Source: an uncultured Alphaproteobacteria bacterium (lineage in GTDB: Bacteria; Pseudomonadota; Alphaproteobacteria; Rhizobiales; Xanthobacteraceae). Taken from it: 64,000 nt of DNA. The position numbers and the translations under genes are program-made. Location of the stretch: NCBI GenBank assembly GCA_963751535.1, contig CAVVUW010000001.1:167955-231954 (forward strand), given 5' to 3'. The notes under the pieces are model-generated. The model saw only the letters and a list, made by a program, of their open reading frames with translations, was not told where the DNA came from and made no database searches. Positions 9,728 to 18,870 of the stretch are shown piece by piece. The first letter of the stretch is position 1; each line of letters begins with the position of its first letter.

Positions 9728-10718
9728 TTACTTTGCGACGAAGCCCGCTTCTTCCATGAGATTCGAATTCAGCTTGTCATCTTCTTCAAGGAATTTGACC
9801 ATGTCATTGCCGGTCAGGAAAATCGGCTTGAGTGCCTGTTTTTCCATGTAGTCCTTGTACTCCGGCGTTTCCGACACTTTCTTGAAGAGATCAATGTAGA
9901 AGGCTGTCTGGTCAGGGGTGACCTTGCCGGGCAGGAACATGGCGCGCAGCATCAGATACTGCACGTCGAGTCCTTCCTCCTTGCAGGTCGGTATGTCGTT
10001 CCAGGACTGCGTGTCCGTCACTTTGATCTTGTAAGAGATGCGTTCTTTGTCGAACACGCACAGCGCGCGCACCTGGCCGGCACGCCAGACTTCAAGATTT
10101 CTCCGACGGATTGTTGACATTTGACGCGGTGTGATTGCCGACCAGCTGGGTCGCCGCCTCGCCGCCCGACTTGTATGGCAGATACGCGAACTTCGCGCCG
10201 GTCTTCTTTTCCATGAAGACAGTCAAAATGTGATCTTCGCGCTTGGAGCCGGTGCCGCCCATTTTGAACGGCTGGGGGGAAGCCTTCGCCGCGTCGACAA
10301 ATTCCTTCACGTTCTTGTAGGGCAGTGTCGTGTTGTCCCACAAAACGAACTGGTCCATCGCAATCACCGAAACAGGTGTCAGTTCGCGCCAGTTGAACGG
10401 AATCTTCGCCGACAGCGGCAACATGTAGATCAGAGAATAGGCGATCAACACTTTGTTCGGATCGCCGTCACTTGATTTCATGTACATCAGCGCTTCGGCG
10501 CCGGACGCTCCGCCCTTGAGCGACACCACCATCGGCTGCTTCATCAGATTGTGTTTCTGAATGGCGGCCTGAATCATGCGCGCCATTTGATCGGAAGCGC
10601 CGCCTGCACCCGCAGCCACTACGATTTCGACCGGCTTGGTCGGCTCCCATGCCAGCGCCGGCGCATTTGCCAGCGCTATGGCCGCAACGGCCGAGCCGGC
10701 AACAACGAAATTTTTCAT
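9728..10718 (-). pseudogene. tctC: TTT periplasmic substrate-binding protein TctC (Bug family) split by a 1-nt frameshift
   Basis: ORF 10092-10718 (signal peptide, ...GGEAATQLVGNHTASNVNNPSEKS*) and ORF 9728-10120 (...NLEVWRAGQVRALCVFDKERISYK...) are the two halves of one Bug protein. Removing one A from GAGAAATCT (T-run 10098-10100 on the + strand) restores NNPSENLEVWRAGQ. Confidence 0.85.
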
Positions 10719-10776
10719 CGCATCCTCCCTTAAGGTGATTTTCCGGCTCCTCGGAAGTGGGAACCGCTGTACTTAT

Positions 10777-10807
10777 TATTGGGCCCATTTTGCGGGTATT
10801 GGGCCCA
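10777..10807. promoter_or_regulatory. tandem 11-bp direct repeat upstream of tctC (candidate regulator binding site)
   Basis: TATTGGGCCCA occurs at 10777-10787 and again at 10797-10807, offset by 20 bp. Each copy contains the palindrome TGGGCCCA. The repeats lie 59-89 nt upstream of the tctC start at 10718. Confidence 0.35.
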
Positions 10808-10826
10808 AGTTCAAGACGCCGACGGG

Positions 10827-11861
10827 CTAATCCTCGGCCTGCTCCAGTCGCACGATCGCCGCACCCCGCACCATTGCCTGCATTTTACCGAAGGCCACAT
10901 CGTGCGGCAGGTACTTCATCCCGCAATCGGGCGCAATCACGATTCGCTCGGCCCGCGCATGCGGCAACGCCCGCCGAATACGCTCGGCCACCGTTTCCGG
11001 TGTTTCGACGGTCATATCGGACAGGTCGATCACACCAAGGATGATTGTTTTCGACGGCAATTTTTCCAGAACGCCAAGATCGAGCTTCGGTTGCGCCGCT
11101 TCGATCGAGATCTGCGCGGCGCGTGACCCTTCCAATTCGGACAGAAACGAGTACCCGGTCGGCTTGTCATGCACGACCGCCGCGTAGCCGAAGCACAAAT
11201 GCACGGCGACCGTGCCACTGACGCCGTCGAGCGCGCGATCGAGTGCCTTGAGCCCGTATGCTCGCGCCTTGTCAGGGTGTTGTTGCATCCACGGTTCATC
11301 GATCTGCACGACATCGGCGCCGGCGGCGAATAGATCCTTGATCTCGTCGTTCACGGCGGCGGCGTAATCAAGCGCCATCGCCTCATCGGACTTGTAGAAC
11401 TCGTTCTGCGCCTGCTTGGACATCGTGAACGGCCCAGGCACGGTGATCTTCACGGATCTTTTCGTGTTCGCGCGCAGGAATTGGAGATCGCGCAGTTCGA
11501 CCGGATGCTTTCGACGAATCTTGCCGGTGACACGCGGCACCGGGATGGGCTTGCCGCTGCGATTGAGCGTCGACCCCGGGTTTTTGGTATCAACGCCCTC
11601 GAGCGCAGTGGCAAAGCGGTTCGAATAGCTTTCGCGCCTTTGCTCGCCGTCGGTAATGATATCGAGGCCTACGCGCTCCTGGTCTTTGATCGCAAGGAGG
11701 GTCGCCTCGTCCTGTTTCGCTTCGAGTTCCTTTGCATCGACCAGCCAGAGATCATCCATTCGCACGCGCGGCACCATCTTCGACAGCCGCGCGCGATCGA
11801 TCAGCCACTCCGGCTGGGGATATGAACCGACGAGAGATGTGGGAAAAAGTTTAGCAGGCAC
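10827..11861 (-). CDS. cobalamin-independent methionine synthase (MetE C-terminal domain)-like protein
   Basis: The N-terminus FPTSLVGSYPQPEWL and DIITDGEQRRESY are typical of the MetE-like / methionine synthase II family. Confidence 0.85.
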   Translation of the reverse strand: MPAKLFPTSLVGSYPQPEWLIDRARLSKMVPRVRMDDLWLVDAKELEAKQDEATLLAIKDQERVGLDIITDGEQRRESYSNRFATALEGVDTKNPGSTLNRSGKPIPVPRVTGKIRRKHPVELRDLQFLRANTKRSVKITVPGPFTMSKQAQNEFYKSDEAMALDYAAAVNDEIKDLFAAGADVVQIDEPWMQQHPDKARAYGLKALDRALDGVSGTVAVHLCFGYAAVVHDKPTGYSFLSELEGSRAAQISIEAAQPKLDLGVLEKLPSKTIILGVIDLSDMTVETPETVAERIRRALPHARAERIVIAPDCGMKYLPHDVAFGKMQAMVRGAAIVRLEQAED

Positions 11862-11879
11862 GAATCGACCTCTCGCGCT

Positions 11880-14828
11880 TCATTGCGCCGCTTCGAGACT
11901 CATCTTGAGGACGCGGGCAACGTGCAAGGCTTCCCGTTGACTGCCATCGTGGATCTGATGCCGGCACGATGTCCCGTCGGCAACAATCAGGGCGTCGGCG
12001 TCAGCCCTGCGTACGGCAGGCAGCAGTGATAGTTCGCCCATCTTGAGCGATACGTCGATGGTTTCCGCATCATAGCCGAACGAGCCGGCCATGCCGCAGC
12101 AACTGGAATCGATCGATTCGACGGAAAGCTTGGGAATGAGCCGGAGTGTGCTTTCGACCGCTCCCATCGCGTTGAAAGCCTTTTGATGGCAGTGGCCGTG
12201 CAGAAGGGCCTTCTTCGCCAGCGGCTCCAGCGGAAGGTTCAGATCTCCCGCACGGTGCTCGCGCGCAAGAAACTCCTCGAAAAGAAAAGCATTCGCCGCG
12301 AATGACCTGGCGACCTCATCTTTAAATAATGCCGGCAGTTCGTCGCGAAAGGTCAGCAGGCAGCTCGGTTCAAGACCGACAATCGGCAGACCACGCGCGA
12401 CATAAGGCGCGAGCGCATCCATGGTGCGTTGCATTTCGCGACGCGCCTGGTCAACGAGGCCAACCGAAAGAAAGGTACGGCCACAGCACAGCGGCCGGTC
12501 GTCCGGATCGGGCGGCTGCGGTGCGTAGACGCGATAGCCGCCTGCGACCAGTACGCTCATGGCATCGTCCAGATTTTCGCGTTCGAAATAGCGATTGAAC
12601 GTATCGGCGAACAATACGATTTCCCGCGCCGCTACGTTCTCCTGCGCCGTGGTGTAGCGCCAATCCGAGCGGTCTCGATATGTGTCTTCGCGCCACTTCG
12701 GCAGGCTGCGCCGGGAAGCGAAACGCGCAACCGTCTGCGACGCCTTGCGCAGAAGCGGACTGCGGTCTCGCAAATTGAAGAAGCGATGCCAACGCGACGC
12801 ATGGGGCGCGTAATGCGGGAGAAATCCGACGAGTTTTTCGTGCAGTGAGAGCTCGAACTTTGCCGCGCGTGCAGCCTGCACCTCGATCTTCATGCGGGCC
12901 ATGTCGACACCGGTCGGACACTCGCGGCGGCAGGCCTTGCACGAGACGCAGAGCTTCATGGCCTCGGCCATTTCATCGGCAATAAGCGCAGCCGGCCCGA
13001 GTTGTCCGGTGATGGCGAGCCGCAGCGAGTTGGCGCGCCCGCGCGTGACGTCCCGCTCATCGCGAGTCACGCGATAACTCGGGCACATGACACCGCCCGT
13101 CAATTTGCGGCACGCGCCGTTGTTGTTGCACATCTCGACGGCGCCCTGGAGGCCGCCACCCACGCCGGGATAGGGCGACCAGTTGAACTGCGTCTTCAAC
13201 GGCTCACCGTGATAGCCGGGACCGTAACGGAACAGATTGCGGTCGTCGAATTTCGGCGGACGCACGACCTTGCCCGGATTATAGAGACCGTTCGGGTCGA
13301 ACTGATCCTTCACCTCTTCGAAAGCACGGGCGAGCCGCGAGCCGAACATCGGTTCGTTGAATTCGGAACGCACCAGACCGTCGCCGTGCTCGCCGGAATG
13401 CGAGCCCTTGTATTCGCGCACCATCGCGAAAGCCTCCTCGGCGATCCCGCGCATGGTGTGCACATCTTTCTCCTGTCGCAGATTCAAGATCGGCCGCACA
13501 TGCAGGCAGCCTGATCCGGCGTGCGCGTACCAGGTACCGCGCGTGCCGTGCTTCTCGAAAATTGCAGTGAGGCGCGTGGTGTAATCGGCGAGGTGTTCGA
13601 GCGGCACGGCGCAATCTTCGACGAATGAGACCGGTTTGCCCTCGTCCTTCATCGACATCATGATGTTGAGGCCGCTTGTGCGAACCTCGGTGATCGCGGC
13701 CTGCAGATCGGGATTGAGTACTTCGACTACGCCACCCCATTTCGCGCCGGTCTTGTCCCAGCCGATCCCAAGATCGCCCATCAGGTCCTTGAGCTGCTGC
13801 AGGAAGCGCAGGTTGACTTCGTGATCGTCCTCGCCGAACTCCACGAGGAGAATGGCTTCGGGCGTCTCGCGCACGAACTTCTCTAGCGTCGGCTGGAAAA
13901 TCGGAATCTGGCGCGCGAGCTCGACCATTGTGCGGTCTATCAATTCGACCGCGATCGGTTTGAGGCGCACAATATGCTGAGCCGAATTCATTGCTTCAAA
14001 AAAGCTGCCGAAATGGCAGGCGCCCACGGCCCGACGGCCGAGCAACGGCGACAGCTTCAACTCGATGCGCGTAGAAAATGCGAGCGTGCCCTCGCCGCCG
14101 ACCAGTACATGGGCGAGATTGATGTCGTTCTTGCCCGGTACCAGCGCGTCGAGATTGTAGCCGCCGACCCGGCGCTGGACTTTCGGAAATCTTGCGGCAA
14201 TTTCGTCCGCCTCGCGCGCGCCGATGGCGAGCAGGTCCTTGGCGAGCGGGCGCAGCGGCGCCGGCACGTCCTTGAGATCTCCGCCGATGCGGCCAAAGTG
14301 CGCAAGCCTGCCGTCGGCGAGCAAGGCCTCGATCGAAATCACGTTGTCGCGCATCGTGCCGTAGCGCATCGAGCGGCCGCCGCAGGAATTGTTGCCGGCC
14401 ATGCCGCCGATCGTTGCGCGTGACGACGTCGAGATGTCGACCGGAAACCACAGGCCATGGGGTTTGAGCTGACGATTGAGGTCGTCGAGCACAATCCCAG
14501 GCTCGACCGTGCACCGGGCGCGCTTGACGTCGAGGTCGAGAATTCTCGTGAGATATTTCGAGCAATCAACAACCAGCGACTTGCCGACGGTCTGTCCGGC
14601 CTGCGACGTGCCGCCGCCGCGCGCGAGAACCGTTGCACCTTCGCTCCGGGCAATCGCTATCGCCCGATCGGCCTCTTCAATCGTTCGCGGTGCGACCACA
14701 CCGATCGGCATGACCTGGTAATGGGAGGCGTCGGTGGCGTATCGGCCGCGGGAGAATCGGTCGAATTGGACCTCGCCCGTCAATTCGGCTCTCAGCCGAC
14801 GTTCCAGACCGGGCATGACTACGGCCAC
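11880..14828 (-). CDS. FAD-binding oxidase fused to an (Fe-S)-binding domain (GlcD-GlcF-like fusion)
   Basis: 982 aa. The N-terminal FAD-linked oxidase part contains ARGGGTSQAGQ. The C-terminal part carries Cys clusters (CNNNGACRK, CVSCKACRRECP) and CCG-type motifs (SSCCGMAGSFG). GTG at 14828 or ATG at 14816 could be the start. Confidence 0.9.
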   Translation of the reverse strand: MAVVMPGLERRLRAELTGEVQFDRFSRGRYATDASHYQVMPIGVVAPRTIEEADRAIAIARSEGATVLARGGGTSQAGQTVGKSLVVDCSKYLTRILDLDVKRARCTVEPGIVLDDLNRQLKPHGLWFPVDISTSSRATIGGMAGNNSCGGRSMRYGTMRDNVISIEALLADGRLAHFGRIGGDLKDVPAPLRPLAKDLLAIGAREADEIAARFPKVQRRVGGYNLDALVPGKNDINLAHVLVGGEGTLAFSTRIELKLSPLLGRRAVGACHFGSFFEAMNSAQHIVRLKPIAVELIDRTMVELARQIPIFQPTLEKFVRETPEAILLVEFGEDDHEVNLRFLQQLKDLMGDLGIGWDKTGAKWGGVVEVLNPDLQAAITEVRTSGLNIMMSMKDEGKPVSFVEDCAVPLEHLADYTTRLTAIFEKHGTRGTWYAHAGSGCLHVRPILNLRQEKDVHTMRGIAEEAFAMVREYKGSHSGEHGDGLVRSEFNEPMFGSRLARAFEEVKDQFDPNGLYNPGKVVRPPKFDDRNLFRYGPGYHGEPLKTQFNWSPYPGVGGGLQGAVEMCNNNGACRKLTGGVMCPSYRVTRDERDVTRGRANSLRLAITGQLGPAALIADEMAEAMKLCVSCKACRRECPTGVDMARMKIEVQAARAAKFELSLHEKLVGFLPHYAPHASRWHRFFNLRDRSPLLRKASQTVARFASRRSLPKWREDTYRDRSDWRYTTAQENVAAREIVLFADTFNRYFERENLDDAMSVLVAGGYRVYAPQPPDPDDRPLCCGRTFLSVGLVDQARREMQRTMDALAPYVARGLPIVGLEPSCLLTFRDELPALFKDEVARSFAANAFLFEEFLAREHRAGDLNLPLEPLAKKALLHGHCHQKAFNAMGAVESTLRLIPKLSVESIDSSCCGMAGSFGYDAETIDVSLKMGELSLLPAVRRADADALIVADGTSCRHQIHDGSQREALHVARVLKMSLEAAQ

Positions 14829-15010
14829 GTTTTTTATCCTTTTTGGGCTGAACTTAGCCTATGCATTATGACTGGTTTGCCTTGCGGAAAACCGCTTGAC
14901 CGCAATGTTGCATTCATAGTTCAACGCCACAAGCGCCGCCCGGAATCGGGCCGCGCCCGTGGCTGAACCACGAAAAACCCTCAAAGCTGCCGTTCAGGAG
15001 CGGACTGTCT

Positions 15011-16219
15011 ATGGCTAAGAATTCCTCGCGTACGGTCGGGCGCCATTTTCTGCACATTCCGGGCCCCTCGCCGCTTCCGGACCGCGTCCTGCGGGCAATG
15101 GACACGCCGATCATCGACCATCGCGGTCCTGAGTTTGCACGGCTTGCGAAGAAGTGTCTTGAAGGCATCAAAACCATCTTCAAGACCACCAATCCGGTGA
15201 TCATTTACACCGCCACCGGCACAGGTGCGTGGGAAGCCGCGCTCGTCAATACGCTCTCGCCCGGCGACAAAGTGCTGATGGTGGAAACCGGGCAGTTCGC
15301 CGCGCTCTGGAAAAAAATGGCCGAAAAACTCGGCCTCGTTCCGGAGTTCATTGCCACAGACTGGCGCATCGGCGCCGACCCGGCCGCAATCGAAGCCCGC
15401 CTGCGCGAGGACAAGGGCAAGGAAATCAAAGCCGTCTGTTTCCTGCACAACGAAACTTCGACTGGCTGCCTTTCTCCCGTTGCGGAAATCCGCAAGGCGA
15501 TCGACAAGGCCGGCCATCCCGCATTGCTGATGGTCGACACAATTTCATCGCTGGCCTCGGCCGACTACCGGCACGACGAATGGGGCGTCGACGTATCCGT
15601 TGGCGGCGCGCAGAAAGGTTTGATGCTGCCGCCCGGCATGTCGTTCAACGCGATCAGCGACAAAGCGCTGGCGGCGAACAAGACGTCCACGCTCACCAAA
15701 TCGTTCTGGGCCTGGGACGAAATGCTGACGATGAACAAGCAGGGTTTCTTCCCCTACACGCCGGCAACTCAGATGTTGCACGGGCTCGCGGAAGGCATCG
15801 AGATGCTGCACGAAGAGGGTCTCGATAACGTGTTTGCCCGTCACGATCGGCTCGCGGAAGCAACCCGCCGCGCGATCAGGGCATGGGGCCTCGAAATCAT
15901 CTGCCGCGATTCGAAATATTATTCGCCGACGATCACTGCCGTATTGATGCCCGAGGGACATGACGCCGATGCGTTCCGCGCGCTGGCGCTCGAGCAATTC
16001 AATATCTCATACGGCGCAAGCTTTGGCCGTTTTGCCGGCAAGATGTTCCGCATTGGCCATCTCGGCGACATCAACGACGCGATGCTGCTGGGTGGACTTG
16101 CCGCGACTGAAATGGCGCTGGCGCTGGCCAATGTCCCGCACAAGAAAGGCGGCGTACAGGCGGCCATGGACTATCTCGTGTCGCAACACGGCAGCGCTGC
16201 AAAACAGGCGGCTGAATAA
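15011..16219 (+). CDS. class V aminotransferase (serine/alanine-glyoxylate aminotransferase family)
   Basis: GRHFLHIPGPSPLPDRVLRAM and SVGGAQKGLMLPPG (PLP-lysine region) are typical of this family. Confidence 0.88.
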   Translation: MAKNSSRTVGRHFLHIPGPSPLPDRVLRAMDTPIIDHRGPEFARLAKKCLEGIKTIFKTTNPVIIYTATGTGAWEAALVNTLSPGDKVLMVETGQFAALWKKMAEKLGLVPEFIATDWRIGADPAAIEARLREDKGKEIKAVCFLHNETSTGCLSPVAEIRKAIDKAGHPALLMVDTISSLASADYRHDEWGVDVSVGGAQKGLMLPPGMSFNAISDKALAANKTSTLTKSFWAWDEMLTMNKQGFFPYTPATQMLHGLAEGIEMLHEEGLDNVFARHDRLAEATRRAIRAWGLEIICRDSKYYSPTITAVLMPEGHDADAFRALALEQFNISYGASFGRFAGKMFRIGHLGDINDAMLLGGLAATEMALALANVPHKKGGVQAAMDYLVSQHGSAAKQAAE

Positions 16220-16241
16220 GGTCACGGTTATTTTCTGCTGA

Positions 16242-16272
16242 AATGGCCGGCCTCGCGCCGGCCATTCTTTTG
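16242..16272 (+). terminator. rho-independent terminator after the aminotransferase gene
   Basis: The stem is AATGGCCGGC / GCCGGCCATT with loop CTCGC, followed by CTTTTG. Confidence 0.7.
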
Positions 16273-16277
16273 GGAGG

Positions 16278-17090
16278 CTACGCCGCCCTCACCCAGTCAT
16301 TTGCGCGCAAAAGCCTGATCACAAATTCCGAGATCGCCTTGAGTGTCGGTTCGGGCGCTTCGCGCTGTGGCGAATGGCGCGCGTTCGGCAACAGCGCGAC
16401 TTCGACCGGGCAATAGCATTCTTCCTGTGCAACCTCGATTTGTTTCACAGTGCCGTACTGATCGTCCGCGCCCTGCACGATCAGGACGGGTACGCGGATA
16501 TAGGCGAGAAACTCCGTGATGTCCCATTTACGGAACTCGGGATCGAGCCAGGCGCCGTTCCATCCCTTGAACGCATTGTCGACGTCCGCGTGCCACCGCG
16601 ACAGGCGGGCGCGCAGGTCGCCAGTGTCATACGCTTTCCTCGCCTCGACGATCGACGCAATGCCCGGATCTTCAGTGAAGAAATGTGGGGCAATGAGCAC
16701 AAGTCCGCCAACGCGGTGATCCTGGTGACTGCCCGCGTAAATGGCCGCAATCGAGGCACCGTCACTGTGACCGACCAGGATGCCGCGCCTGAAGCCGATG
16801 ACATCGAGCAGGCGCGGCAGCGTCTCTCGCGCCTCGTCGTGCATGTAGGAAAGTGGCCTCGGCAACGCGACGGGGGATGATTTGCCATAGCCGGCGCGCG
16901 AATAGACGAAAACACCGAGACCCGTGGCCGCCTGGAGCTTTTCCGGAAAGTCACCCCACAGTCCGACGCAGCCCAGACCTTCATGCAGCAAAACCAATGT
17001 TGGCGCTGAATCCGGCCGCGGACCGATAAATCGATATTCCAGTCGCTGCCTGCCGATATCGAGAAAGCCGGAATCGGGAAGGTCTGTCAT
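16278..17090 (-). CDS. alpha/beta-fold hydrolase
   Basis: Nucleophile elbow GHSDGAS, an HEGLG oxyanion region, and a length of 270 aa. Confidence 0.85.
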   Translation of the reverse strand: MTDLPDSGFLDIGRQRLEYRFIGPRPDSAPTLVLLHEGLGCVGLWGDFPEKLQAATGLGVFVYSRAGYGKSSPVALPRPLSYMHDEARETLPRLLDVIGFRRGILVGHSDGASIAAIYAGSHQDHRVGGLVLIAPHFFTEDPGIASIVEARKAYDTGDLRARLSRWHADVDNAFKGWNGAWLDPEFRKWDITEFLAYIRVPVLIVQGADDQYGTVKQIEVAQEECYCPVEVALLPNARHSPQREAPEPTLKAISEFVIRLLRANDWVRAA

Positions 17091-17102
17091 TGCAGGCTGT
17101 TC

Positions 17103-18701
17103 TTATTGCTTCCCTTCGGCCCGCAGCACGAACCTCTGGATCTTGCCGGTTGCGGTTTTTGGCAAATCTTTGCGGAACTCGATCCAGCGTGGATATTTGT
17201 AGGGCGCGAGCTTCGTCTTGACGTGCTCCTGCAAAACGTGAATCAGCGCATCGCTGGCTTTTTCCGGTGACTTGAGCACAACAAAAGCCTTCGGCTTGAT
17301 TAGCTTTTGCTCGTCATTCCAGCCGACCACCGCGGCCTCAAGCACATCCGGATGCGAGGATAGAGCGGCCTCGACCTCGAACGGCGAGACGTACATGCCG
17401 GAAACCTTCAGCATGTCATCCTGTCGTCCGCAGCACATAAAGTATCCGTCCCCATCCTCGATATATTTGTCGCCGGAACGGGTCCACTCGCCCTGAAATG
17501 TCGCGCGCGATTTTTCGCGGTTGTTCCAGTACATTATTGCACTGGTCGGGCCGCGCACATACAGCTCGCCCATTTCGCCCTTTTTCACCGGCTGCCCGTC
17601 ATCGCCGACAAGCTTGATCTCATAGCCCGGCACCGCCCTTCCGGTGGTGCCGTATTTGGTCGCGCCGGGCGCGTTGGTGAGATAGATGTGCAGCATTTCG
17701 GTCGTGCCGAGCCCATCGGAAATCTCTACACCAAAACGTTCCTTCCATCGCCGCGCGATTTCCTCGGGCAATGCTTCGCCGGCGGAAATGCAGCGGCGAA
17801 TCTTCACCTCGGATTTCTGCGGAGCATTGGGGCTGGCAAGGAACGCTGCATAGAATGTCGGCACAGCGTAGAAAACCGTAACCGGGTGCTTGCGTAGCAA
17901 GGCGCCAACGCCATCGGGGGTCGGCCGGTCCGCGTTCAGCACGGTTGTCGCGCCGACTGTCATCGGAAAGGTCATGGCATTGCCAAGACCGTAGGCAAAA
18001 AACAACTTCGCCACCGAATAGCAGACGTCACTTTCCTTCAGGCCGACGACAGGCGTGCCGTAGAGATCGGCCGTGAGCTTGAGGCTTGCGTGGACATGCA
18101 CCGCACCTTTCGGCTTTCCCGTCGATCCCGAGGTGTAAAGCCAGAACGCCATGTCGTCGGCGGTCGTTGGCGCCGTGTGAGGCTCGGGTTTGCTGGCTCC
18201 GATCACGTCCTCGAACAGCCGATAGCCATGCGAGTTGGTCCCAGAGACAATGACGTGCTCGAGATCGGGGCTCTGCTTGATCAGTTTTTCGAATTTCGGA
18301 AATAGCGCCTCTGATACGACGAGGCATTTCGCGCGACTATCCGCCAGCATGAAACTGTAATCGTCTTCGGTGAGAAGCGTGTTTACCGGGACAGCTATGA
18401 TGCCCGCCTTCAGGCACCCCAGAAACGCCGTCGGCCAATCTGCGGTGTCGAGCAGCGCGAGCAGCACGCGCTCTTCGCGCTTGATACCCAACTCGCGCAG
18501 GGTCGCGGCGAACCGGGCGACGCGATCGGCAAGCTGGCCGTAGGTCAAGCTGCCGCGCGCGTCGATATAGGCGGCCTTGTCGGCACGACCGGCGGCGAGA
18601 TTGTTTTGCAGAACGTCGGCAGCGAAATTGTACTCCCGTGGGACTGCGCCCACAGGTACCGATGTAGCCGATCCTGCCGCGTGCGCTTCCGCGACTGTCA
18701 T
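17103..18701 (-). CDS. benzoate-CoA ligase family AMP-forming acyl-CoA synthetase
   Basis: AMP-binding motif YTSGSTGKPKGAV. The N-terminal region (YNFAADVL...AAYIDARGSLTYGQLADRV) resembles aryl-CoA ligases. Confidence 0.85.
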   Translation of the reverse strand: MTVAEAHAAGSATSVPVGAVPREYNFAADVLQNNLAAGRADKAAYIDARGSLTYGQLADRVARFAATLRELGIKREERVLLALLDTADWPTAFLGCLKAGIIAVPVNTLLTEDDYSFMLADSRAKCLVVSEALFPKFEKLIKQSPDLEHVIVSGTNSHGYRLFEDVIGASKPEPHTAPTTADDMAFWLYTSGSTGKPKGAVHVHASLKLTADLYGTPVVGLKESDVCYSVAKLFFAYGLGNAMTFPMTVGATTVLNADRPTPDGVGALLRKHPVTVFYAVPTFYAAFLASPNAPQKSEVKIRRCISAGEALPEEIARRWKERFGVEISDGLGTTEMLHIYLTNAPGATKYGTTGRAVPGYEIKLVGDDGQPVKKGEMGELYVRGPTSAIMYWNNREKSRATFQGEWTRSGDKYIEDGDGYFMCCGRQDDMLKVSGMYVSPFEVEAALSSHPDVLEAAVVGWNDEQKLIKPKAFVVLKSPEKASDALIHVLQEHVKTKLAPYKYPRWIEFRKDLPKTATGKIQRFVLRAEGKQ

Positions 18702-18870
18702 TGTTGATCCTCCCGAGACATTCTTATTATGCAGACGCTGCCAATACGCCGCAATGCGGCCCCACCATTCGTCAGGTCTGGCTTGATGCCTGGCATCCGC
18801 ATCTTGCTATAAGAAGTCGTGGATGGCCGGGACAAGCGGGCCACGACTATACCGACCTTCGGAGATTTTC

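Noticed and set aside
14868-14905. Sigma54-like TGG...TTGC element and TTGCGG-N12-CCGCAA inverted repeat in the divergent region between the FAD/Fe-S oxidase and aminotransferase genes
   Set aside because: The GG-to-GC spacing is 8 nt rather than the canonical 10. The 6-bp arms are short enough to arise by chance in GC-rich DNA.
18702-18870. Possible SAM-II or cobalamin riboswitch upstream of the second MetE-like gene
   Set aside because: I could not find the conserved AAAGCU-type SAM-II core or a B12 box in this leader. The GGCTTGATG resemblance is too weak without a covariance-model search (cmsearch with the Rfam SAM-II and cobalamin models would decide it).
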